This document shows positions 56,449-64,000 of a stretch of 64,000 nt of DNA, in pieces; position 1 is the stretch's first letter; the number at the start of each line of letters is the position of its first letter. Location: IMG/VR virus record IMGVR_UViG_3300020171_002032; one strand, given 5' to 3'. Below the pieces are notes generated by a model. It searched no databases and was not told the DNA's origin. It was given only the letters and a program-made list of their open reading frames with translations. Made by a program: the position numbers and the translations under genes. Source of the stretch: an uncultured virus (IMG/VR IMGVR_UViG_3300020171_002032) (Duplodnaviria > Heunggongvirae > Uroviricota > Caudoviricetes).

Positions 56449-57599
56449 ATAAACGTTCCTTCTTGGTATTTTGAGTTTCCATCTAATCTCTTATTTCTTT
56501 CTTCTTCTAGATTGCGTATGGTTTGATGAGTTTTCCAGTAATCGAAATGTTCTTTACTGCTATCGTGTCCAGTATAGCCTGCTTTATGTTCAAACGGATA
56601 TTGCCAAGGATGTTCCTTTTTACACAGTTCTCTTATTGGACATCGTTGAGCGCACCAAATTTCTTTTATCCACTTTATGTCTGCGTCCGTAAGGATTTTA
56701 GTGTTTGCTCTATACTGATTAAAGAATCTCGCATACCATATGAGTGGATAATTACATTTGATCGTTATTCCCTGTTTCTTCTGTTTTGAATTCCAATAGC
56801 TTACATCTGTCGGTATGCGAGCTAAAAATACGTCCCTAAAGAGTGCAAGTCTTGATCCATGACCAGCTAGATCTAATCGTGCTCCTACGTCACAATCCAG
56901 TAACATGCGGTCTCCATCAAAATTCTGGTTAAAACCATTTATCTTCAGCATTGCTTCTAGACTGACTGAGGAGCATCCGAACCACCAGAGCCATGGCATA
57001 GGAAAGATTTCTTGTTTTGGGTCTTTGAAGGCTGTGGTGTAGCGGTGTTCGATTGAAACTTTCTTGCCAGTGTATCCTGAAAGATTGTAGGGTATTGGCG
57101 TGGTGTTCTGTTCTGGGTAGGCAACTTTGTATTTTTCTTGTGCAGACTGCACATCAAGTCTTCCGCTTGTGTATTGGACTTCTGAAAACGAGTGATCATA
57201 CATGTACCATGCTGACGGGAAGTAGCCTTGTTGGTAACGATTCCATAATCGTTCCATGAATTCAGGAACAACCATGTGACTGTCACCTGTGAAAAACAAT
57301 AGTTCGCCATCAGCGTAAACTATGCCTTTGTTGTATTGAGTTGCAATGCCTGGGAAACCCTTCTCAATCCAATGGTTGGGTTTAGCTGGAATATGCTTCA
57401 CTTTAAAGGGCAAAGTCATGTTCTTGAAATAGTCTTTACGTTGATCATAAAGCACATCAACGATTATCCATTCGCCCCAATCTTGCAATGTTTGATTCTT
57501 GAAACTTTCCAACGTAGGCTCAAAAACGTGAAGATCAGGTCTATTCAAGAAAGGAAAATTCTCCCGCGCAGTAACCATGACAAAACTGACTTTCACCAT
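56445..57599 (-). CDS. GT2-like glycosyltransferase
   Basis: VSFVMVT, EWIIVD, NKGI..ADGELL, INGFN. Confidence 0.75.
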   Translation of the reverse strand: MVKVSFVMVTARENFPFLNRPDLHVFEPTLESFKNQTLQDWGEWIIVDVLYDQRKDYFKNMTLPFKVKHIPAKPNHWIEKGFPGIATQYNKGIVYADGELLFFTGDSHMVVPEFMERLWNRYQQGYFPSAWYMYDHSFSEVQYTSGRLDVQSAQEKYKVAYPEQNTTPIPYNLSGYTGKKVSIEHRYTTAFKDPKQEIFPMPWLWWFGCSSVSLEAMLKINGFNQNFDGDRMLLDCDVGARLDLAGHGSRLALFRDVFLARIPTDVSYWNSKQKKQGITIKCNYPLIWYARFFNQYRANTKILTDADIKWIKEIWCAQRCPIRELCKKEHPWQYPFEHKAGYTGHDSSKEHFDYWKTHQTIRNLEEERNKRLDGNSKYQEGTFI

Positions 57600-57606
57600 T
57601 TCTGAG

Positions 57607-58359
57607 TTAGTCCAACCTTTGATAGATAATTATTGAATTCAGGAGCCAATTTCTGATTATTGAAGGGTCTACCAAGCTTATGAACCAGTTCACCATGTCC
57701 TTTCGAGGCATCCAATCTTCATGTTCAAGCTTGTCATACCACCACTGCTCCTTTTTGAGGCTGACATGACCAGCAGCCGCACACCCTTCCAACTGGATAG
57801 GAACGGGTTCACCTTTCTTGAGAATATATCCTTCTTCGTCTCTTCCTTGTAGGCCGCCAGATCCCGCAATGGCCGTTTGGAGGAAAATCCATTTTTTAGA
57901 AACCCGATGGAATTCGGATATTGCAAAGGGGATGTCATCCAAATATAAATGTTCGAGGAGATCCAACCCTGTTACTAGGTCGAAGCTTTTATCAGCATAT
58001 AGCCATGGCTTGGTAGCGTCATGGACTTTTAGCCATTCGGGTTTGCATTTTGGGTATCTTCCTTCGTTTACGGCCCATTCTGAGAAGTCGAAGCCGCATG
58101 CTTCTATACCAGCTTGTCTTGCATAAGCCGTAAGGGTTCCCCTACCACATCCAACATCTAGCATTGTATGACACTGAAAAATCTTTTTCCAAGCTTCGAC
58201 AATCGCACCACATCCAGAACTCTCTCCATCAGGATTAAAATATCCCCAATGATCAATTTCGCCGTTTGCTCTTAAAAACGATTTACCTTGCGGATTCTTG
58301 AAATAGAATTCATCGTAGTAATCTGCGGTGAAAACCCTCGGAATGTCACTTTTACTCAT
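57607..58359 (-). CDS. class I SAM-dependent methyltransferase
   Basis: LDVGCGRG, FDLV..DLLEH; likely start MSKSDIP. Confidence 0.85.
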   Translation of the reverse strand: MSKSDIPRVFTADYYDEFYFKNPQGKSFLRANGEIDHWGYFNPDGESSGCGAIVEAWKKIFQCHTMLDVGCGRGTLTAYARQAGIEACGFDFSEWAVNEGRYPKCKPEWLKVHDATKPWLYADKSFDLVTGLDLLEHLYLDDIPFAISEFHRVSKKWIFLQTAIAGSGGLQGRDEEGYILKKGEPVPIQLEGCAAAGHVSLKKEQWWYDKLEHEDWMPRKDMVNWFISLVDPSIIRNWLLNSIIIYQRLD

Positions 58360-59309
58360 TAATTCGACATCTCCATAGTTTCGAGGAATATTTCTTTGTT
58401 TTCTTTTTCCATGTTTTTCAATTTCTCGCTCCCATACTTTTGATGCATGTCCTGAAATGCTTTTACCTTTGGATAGTTGATTAAAGCTGTTGGACATACT
58501 TTGAACGGAATATTATATGATGCTGCCCAGACTAGGGCGTGATATCTTCCGCCTGAGATGACTTTTTTGCTTTGAGAGATTGCATATTTGACTTTTCTTG
58601 GGCTGAATCCATCTGTCTCTAGGATTTGGCTGTGTTTGATTTTGCAGTTTAATTCTCTGCAAAGGGCAAGATCCACTGGAACGCCTTCCCTATTGTAGGG
58701 TGCGAAGGGTATCAGTAGCACTTCGTCTCCATCACTTAGTTGCGATGTGATCCATTTTAACTGTGGATCGTTGCTTCCAAAGTCCTCATATCTTGGACAG
58801 ACTGCTACCATGTTTTTTTGGCAATCATATTTTTCTTCTTTGAGGTTTATGCTTGGACACATGGTTAACGTTGACTTTACCCCGATTTCCTCTGCTATTT
58901 TCTGGCTGTGTTCATCTCGAACCGTTATGGCGTTGAACTGACTTAGAAATTCCCTGTAGAGGTTCTTCATTTTTGGATGAAATATCTGGTGAGTGTCATA
59001 GCCTACACCGTAATTCATGGAAGGCTTGTTCGCAGCGAAAGCTGTGAGTGCCTGTCGCCAGCCGAATCCCCAGCTTAATGCTCCTCCGCCTAAGAGAAAA
59101 ACATCGTAATCGTCTCTAAAGTCGTATACGTGTCGAACTTCCTGTAGTGTAGGCATTCTTCTTCTGTATTCTTCTGCAAACAGCCAAGGCAAATTTGTGC
59201 AGACAATATACTCGTTGTCTTTGCCTAAACTATCCATAATGGATAACAGGATTCCTTCGTCGCCGCTTGAACCCCATCCCAGAAAGGCTGTGATGCAGAT
59301 GCGAGCCAC
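58359..59309 (-). CDS. polysaccharide pyruvyl-transferase family protein
   Basis: GDEGIL, LGGG, GVG, ITVRD, RYHALV. Confidence 0.85.
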   Translation of the reverse strand: MARICITAFLGWGSSGDEGILLSIMDSLGKDNEYIVCTNLPWLFAEEYRRRMPTLQEVRHVYDFRDDYDVFLLGGGALSWGFGWRQALTAFAANKPSMNYGVGYDTHQIFHPKMKNLYREFLSQFNAITVRDEHSQKIAEEIGVKSTLTMCPSINLKEEKYDCQKNMVAVCPRYEDFGSNDPQLKWITSQLSDGDEVLLIPFAPYNREGVPVDLALCRELNCKIKHSQILETDGFSPRKVKYAISQSKKVISGGRYHALVWAASYNIPFKVCPTALINYPKVKAFQDMHQKYGSEKLKNMEKENKEIFLETMEMSN

Positions 59310-59381
59310 ATTTTTTCCTTCTTTTTTAGTAACGATAGTTTTATATCTTCACGTTGATTAATATGTCTTGCTGTTCAACAA

Positions 59382-59621
59382 ATGTCCACGAAATTACCGA
59401 GAGAAATATTGGAGAAAGCAGTCAACTTGAGAAATTCTGTTCGCAAAATATACATTGCCCTCTACATCAATAACAAACCATCAACATCACAAGAAATAGC
59501 ACAGCTAGTCGGTCAAGCGCGAGCACATGTGAACATGAGACTCCAACAACTTGTCGATATGAATCTAGTGACAGTGGAACGTAAGGGAAGAACCAAATAC
59601 TTCGAGGTTAAAAAACCATGA
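59382..59621 (+). CDS. winged-helix regulator
   Basis: TSQEIAQLVG..RAHV..RLQQLVDMNLV..RKGRTKYF. Confidence 0.8.
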   Translation: MSTKLPREILEKAVNLRNSVRKIYIALYINNKPSTSQEIAQLVGQARAHVNMRLQQLVDMNLVTVERKGRTKYFEVKKP

Positions 59622-60850
59622 GAATCCTTGAGATTGGAGATAAAATAACCAGCGGAACTTCAGCTTACTCTAAGCTAGGCGAAGAAATTTGTACCCGCTT
59701 AGTTGCAATGGGGCATCAAGTTGCTCACACTCCAATTGGCAGAGCTAACAAAATGGGAAAGCAAGCATACCGTGGAGTATTGATCTATCCAAGCGGAGAC
59801 GACTATTTTGCAGAGGATGTTGCTCTAGCAAACTACACTGATTTCAAAGCGGATCTGCTTATCGCCATAAAGGACACTTGGATCTGGAACCATGTGCATC
59901 GCCTAGGAATCAACTTCTGCCCGTTTGCAGTGGTCGATCATACTCCAGTGAGCCAATCAATAATTTTTCGCCTAGAAACCGCGTTCAAAACAATTGCCAT
60001 ATCAAGATTTGGTCAAATCGAGCTTAACCGAAAGAAAATAAACTCAGTGTATATTCCGCATGGCGTAAGATGCGATCTGTATAAGCCACTCACGCCAGAA
60101 CAGAAAGTTGAAGCACGAAGACTGTTCGGGCTACCTCAAGACGCATTCGTAGTCGGAATCGTTGCGATGAATCGCGCTAGAAAGCTTATTCCACGAATGT
60201 TACGCGGATTCAAACGTTTTAGAGATCTGAACCCTGATGTAAACGCTCACATGATGCTATGGACAAATATTCAGCCGAGAAGACCTGCTGAAGATGTTAC
60301 GTTAGGAGTTTCAGATGTGGGAGTAAACCTCATCCCAGAAATTCTTGCATTAGACCTAAACGAAGTCGTACATTGGCCAAACTGGGAAGACATAGAAAAA
60401 ATAGGCGGATTACCTGAATACAATCCAAGCGGAACATGGGACATGACGAAACTTTACGGCACTTTTGACGTTAACTTTCTCTGTAGTGGCGGTGAAGCGG
60501 TTGGCCTCCCGTACCTTGAAGCGGCGAGCTGCGCCGTCCCCTCAATCGGCACAAATTATGCAGGGGCACCTGAACATATTGGCCCTGGCTTGACTGTTTC
60601 ATGGCATGACTACACAATATTCAACACTCCAGGAGTACGTTACGTGTTGCCTGACATTGACGGCATGGCTGAAGCTCTCAAGAAAATATATGACATGGAT
60701 AGGGAGAAGCTTGGCAGAAAATGTCGAAAGTTCGCTGAAACCTACGATTGGAATGTTGTCATGTCCGACTTTTGGGTTCCGTTTCTTAGACAATGTAGCG
60801 ATGAGCTGTATCCTCTTATCACAAAACAGGGGGCAAAGTCATGGGCTTGA
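59618..60850 (+). CDS. GT4 glycosyltransferase
   Basis: IPHGV, GEAVGLPYLEA (EX7E). Confidence 0.85.
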   Translation: MRILEIGDKITSGTSAYSKLGEEICTRLVAMGHQVAHTPIGRANKMGKQAYRGVLIYPSGDDYFAEDVALANYTDFKADLLIAIKDTWIWNHVHRLGINFCPFAVVDHTPVSQSIIFRLETAFKTIAISRFGQIELNRKKINSVYIPHGVRCDLYKPLTPEQKVEARRLFGLPQDAFVVGIVAMNRARKLIPRMLRGFKRFRDLNPDVNAHMMLWTNIQPRRPAEDVTLGVSDVGVNLIPEILALDLNEVVHWPNWEDIEKIGGLPEYNPSGTWDMTKLYGTFDVNFLCSGGEAVGLPYLEAASCAVPSIGTNYAGAPEHIGPGLTVSWHDYTIFNTPGVRYVLPDIDGMAEALKKIYDMDREKLGRKCRKFAETYDWNVVMSDFWVPFLRQCSDELYPLITKQGAKSWA

Positions 60851-61893
60851 ATGTGGGTCTTATAACGACGTGGGCGCAACGATGCGGAATAGCTAGTTAC
60901 TCCGCTAACCTTGCAAACGCATTGGCAAAACAGGATGTAAATGTCTACATTATTCGGATACCGCGGTTCGGTTACAAAGATCCAGCAGTATTTCAGAACA
61001 TAGTTGACTCAATACCGCTTGACAAGATAGATCTGATTAGCTGTCAACATGAATATGGCCTCTACTCTGGTCTTGACAGAGGCTTATTTTCCAGTTTAAA
61101 GCGACTGGGCAAACCGTTAGTCACGACTTTACATGCAGTAGGCAACTATGACGTGGATAACCTTATCCTTGAAGCAAGTGATCGGGTCATTGTTCACAAT
61201 GATTACTGTCACAAACGATTATGGTACAACAAGAAGGCGACTGTGATACCTCACGGAATGACTCCCATGCTGACTCCTCCACCACCGAAAGAAGAGTGCA
61301 AGAAACGTGTTGGGATTCAGCCGAATACGCAGATAGTAGGCTACCTTGGATTCATAAGCAGCTACAAGGGATTGGAAACGCTCATTGAAGCAATGACTAA
61401 AATTCCAAATGTCGGGTTACTTATTGGAGGAGGATGGTTCATAGAAGCAGAACCTCAATACATCGTGGACCTGAAAGAGAAGTCACTGAATAAACTGCCT
61501 AACCGAGTTCAGTGGCTAGGCTTCATTCCAGATGAAGACTTGAACATGGTATATGGGGCAATGGACATTATCGTGTACCCATCAATCACAATGACAGAAT
61601 CAGGTGCTCTTCTCACAGCGTTGAGTTACGGAAAAGCAGTGATCACACGGAATCTTCCGCCAACAAGAGAAAAAGCGAAACATGGAGCGTTAATGCTGTT
61701 CAATAATGCGGATGATTTAGCAAGGAAGATCAAACATTTGCTTAAAGACAATGATCATCGCCTCATCCTTGAGGAAGGAGCCAAAAAATACAGTCAAGAA
61801 AACAGTTGGGCCAACATTGCGCTTCGTCACATACAACTTTACCAAGAAGTTTTAAGTCTCAGAAGTGAAGGCGACTTACCAAAAACCCAATAA
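60841..61893 (+). CDS. GT4 glycosyltransferase
   Basis: CGIASY, QHEYG, IPHG, GFISSYKG, ESGAL. Confidence 0.88.
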   Translation: MGLNVGLITTWAQRCGIASYSANLANALAKQDVNVYIIRIPRFGYKDPAVFQNIVDSIPLDKIDLISCQHEYGLYSGLDRGLFSSLKRLGKPLVTTLHAVGNYDVDNLILEASDRVIVHNDYCHKRLWYNKKATVIPHGMTPMLTPPPPKEECKKRVGIQPNTQIVGYLGFISSYKGLETLIEAMTKIPNVGLLIGGGWFIEAEPQYIVDLKEKSLNKLPNRVQWLGFIPDEDLNMVYGAMDIIVYPSITMTESGALLTALSYGKAVITRNLPPTREKAKHGALMLFNNADDLARKIKHLLKDNDHRLILEEGAKKYSQENSWANIALRHIQLYQEVLSLRSEGDLPKTQ

Positions 61894-62182
61894 GAGCTAC
61901 CAATCCACCGCCAACGACTGTGCCTAATAGATTGCGCCAAAAATGTTTCTCTTCTTTCCTTTCTTCTTCCTTGTCAGATTTGAGACTTTGAACTTCCTTT
62001 TTCAGTTCGTCTGACTTGTCTATGGTAAGTTGTTTTGCCTCATCTACACTGTCCTTGATACTGTTGATCTGATCTAGACTTCTTTGAAACCGTTCATCAC
62101 AGAAACCTCGGGTTACAACAGAATTCGATGAGCCACCGTTCTTTTTCTCTTTTGGCAACTCTTCACCACTCTTATATACCAT
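61859..62182 (-). CDS. coiled-coil protein with C-terminal TM
   Basis: LLGTVVGGGLVALIGFLV. Confidence 0.65.
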   Translation of the reverse strand: MVYKSGEELPKEKKNGGSSNSVVTRGFCDERFQRSLDQINSIKDSVDEAKQLTIDKSDELKKEVQSLKSDKEEERKEEKHFWRNLLGTVVGGGLVALIGFLVSRLHF

Positions 62183-62225
62183 TGTAGAGTTTGAATCAAT
62201 AAAAGGCTTTTGCTACATTGAAACA

Positions 62226-62246
62226 CGGTTAATTTGTTTTAACAGC
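62226..62246. repeat. dif-like site CGGTTAA-TTTGTT-TTAACAGC
   Basis: Matches consensus. Confidence 0.8.
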
Positions 62247-62258
62247 GTGTTTTGTTGC

Positions 62259-62708
62259 CTAGCCTTCAATTTGAGTATATAATGTTCCATTGACACCAGC
62301 AGACTGTACGAAGAAGATGAAGTGTCTTCTGTGGAATCGCATGTACGTGTTTGCTGGAATCAAATGTTGAACTCTTGATGATCCACCAAATCGTACATAA
62401 CAGGTTTGGTCGCTGAGGAAAAGAATGTCTTTTGCTTCGAAACTTGGGAATGCTAGAGGCCATTCGAAGTCTGGGATTATGCCTGCAAGAATAAGAGTAG
62501 TTAACCATGCTGGTCTTGCTGGTTGTCCATGAGTGTGAAGTGTCCAACCATAGAGTATGTTGAAAACAGTAGGATCTGAAAAATAAGCCATCATTCCTGA
62601 CAAATAGTAGTCTTGTGTTGCAGTGAATGGAAGAGCTATGTAATCATCTGCATCATAGTGACGTTTAAGTACTGTATAGTTTAGACCGCCTGTAAGGTCT
62701 GTACTCAT
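62259..62708 (-). CDS. putative structural protein
   Basis: Operon with ATGA coupling. Confidence 0.7.
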   Translation of the reverse strand: MSTDLTGGLNYTVLKRHYDADDYIALPFTATQDYYLSGMMAYFSDPTVFNILYGWTLHTHGQPARPAWLTTLILAGIIPDFEWPLAFPSFEAKDILFLSDQTCYVRFGGSSRVQHLIPANTYMRFHRRHFIFFVQSAGVNGTLYTQIEG

Positions 62709-63280
62709 TTCGGAGTCTCCTTTTTGAAGTCGGCTGGACCGACTACCATCAATGCTGGGTCAATTTTCAATTCTGAGTTTGGATCTAGGAGTCTGCGAAT
62801 GCTTTGGATGTAAAGAGGCTTATTGGTGACATTGATAGCTCTTCCTGTAACGGATATGTCAGCTTGACTCTGCGTACTCTCTATTCCAAGTCTAAGTTTA
62901 ACGACAACGGTAGGTACAAAGGGAAGAGGCGAACCCCAATACCCTGAACCGACTATGACTACATAGAGTCCTGCTGTTGAGGCAGGGTCAGGTCGAAAGT
63001 ATCTTGAAACGTAGCCGACTGGATCTGGATTTAGAGCACCTCCAACGAAATAAGTTTCTGGAAGTGCTTCAACGGTTTCAGGTCTCAGCTCTGCGCCTTG
63101 CCCTTCGAGAAGAACGGTTCCATAAGCATCTGTTGTAGCCATCTCAATAGCCATCATCAGTCCAGTTTCGCTGACCCTGATAATCTCGACAGTTTCTCCT
63201 CTCTTGACTGTTCTAGTGCCAGTATAAAGCCTCCATTCCCAACCTTTCAAAATTGGATAAACAGAGTATTGACCAAGCAT
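62705..63280 (-). CDS. putative structural protein
   Basis: Beta-rich, 191 aa. Confidence 0.7.
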   Translation of the reverse strand: MLGQYSVYPILKGWEWRLYTGTRTVKRGETVEIIRVSETGLMMAIEMATTDAYGTVLLEGQGAELRPETVEALPETYFVGGALNPDPVGYVSRYFRPDPASTAGLYVVIVGSGYWGSPLPFVPTVVVKLRLGIESTQSQADISVTGRAINVTNKPLYIQSIRRLLDPNSELKIDPALMVVGPADFKKETPK

Positions 63281-63474
63281 CAGCTTTTTCTCCTAACTGG
63301 AACAAGAGTTCGAGCCTTCTGTTCCAAGTCTTTTTTAGCTTTCTCCATAAGTTCTGTAATCTTGTTTCTGGGGATACCAAGAGACAAATGCAAACACCTA
63401 ACATAGAGTAGTCTCTCAATCATTTTAAAGTTTGTCATTCTGACAGTCATTGGAAAAATTGATAAGTCAAGCAT
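63280..63474 (-). CDS. small hypothetical protein
   Basis: TGATG coupling. Confidence 0.5.
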   Translation of the reverse strand: MLDLSIFPMTVRMTNFKMIERLLYVRCLHLSLGIPRNKITELMEKAKKDLEQKARTLVPVRRKS

Positions 63475-63487
63475 CCCTACTCTAAAA

Positions 63488-64000
63488 ATGGTTCATATGA
63501 GTCACCTTAGTTTTGAAGGACAAACGAAAGAGAGTTACTGTATTGAGTGCGCTGAGAAACATGGTCAACGCGGAAACATCTTCATGCGTGAAGGTCTCCA
63601 AAGAGCCGAAGTGTGTGGCAATGGCAATTGTGAGGGAGTCATTGAAAAGGTTCGTGCGACTGCTGAAGAGTTGGGAGGTATAGAAGCAGACACAGAGAAC
63701 GCTCAAAATGAAGATGTAAGGCGAATCAATTCTCACGCTAGAGAAATCCGCAAACACATGTTCGCTATTCGCGCTGAACTTGGGCAGGCAAGCATAGAGC
63801 AACTTCAAGAAATAGAGAGCATGGTTGGCGATTTGGTAAATGAGATCTATGAAGTACGCAAGAAAGTAGATTGTCCTACTTGCAAAATCAAACTGGAGGA
63901 AGAGCAACAGGAACCAGAAAAACCAAGTTTAGAGCAGTACGGAAAGACTGTCGCTCAACGTAGAAAGGAACTGCTTGATGAAATAAGGGCTGGTATGGGA
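63488..64000 (+). CDS. coiled-coil/Cys-containing protein, truncated by the window end
   Basis: Open frame MVHMSHLSFEGQTKESYCIECAEKH... runs to 64000. Confidence 0.7.
   Translation, partial: MVHMSHLSFEGQTKESYCIECAEKHGQRGNIFMREGLQRAEVCGNGNCEGVIEKVRATAEELGGIEADTENAQNEDVRRINSHAREIRKHMFAIRAELGQASIEQLQEIESMVGDLVNEIYEVRKKVDCPTCKIKLEEEQQEPEKPSLEQYGKTVAQRRKELLDEIRAGMG

Overview
The window looks like part of a large archaeal virus or virus-like element; no host housekeeping operons are visible. Archaeal signs are a PCNA clamp, an initiator-type tRNA-Met with an A1-U72 pair, an XPB-like helicase, and RHH/wHTH/AbrB regulators. Layout: (1) 1-19.8 kb holds about 50 mostly single small genes and RNA elements. 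They are separated by at least 35 copies of a dif/Xer-like palindrome, consensus (G)CNGTTA(A/T)-N6-(T/A)TAANCG(C), each with a different 6-bp spacer. Most copies sit in the unit stop-CCC-T-tract-[site]-AAGGGTG-start. (2) An intein-containing tyrosine recombinase at 21.5-23.9 kb lacks the box I Arg, and a miniature tyrosine-recombinase domain at 9.2 kb keeps that Arg. (3) 24.6-51 kb holds virion and adhesin modules, with two paralogous candidate capsid proteins and many membrane-anchored proteins. (4) 51-62 kb is a glycosylation/methylation island. The best candidate for a new system is an integron- or pdif-like gene-cassette array with spacer-addressed recombination sites. The main alternative, that the motif is a viral promoter/operator, is not excluded. 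Several structured ncRNA candidates are also present, one interrupted by an HNH gene. All product calls come from motif recognition by eye; no database searches were run.
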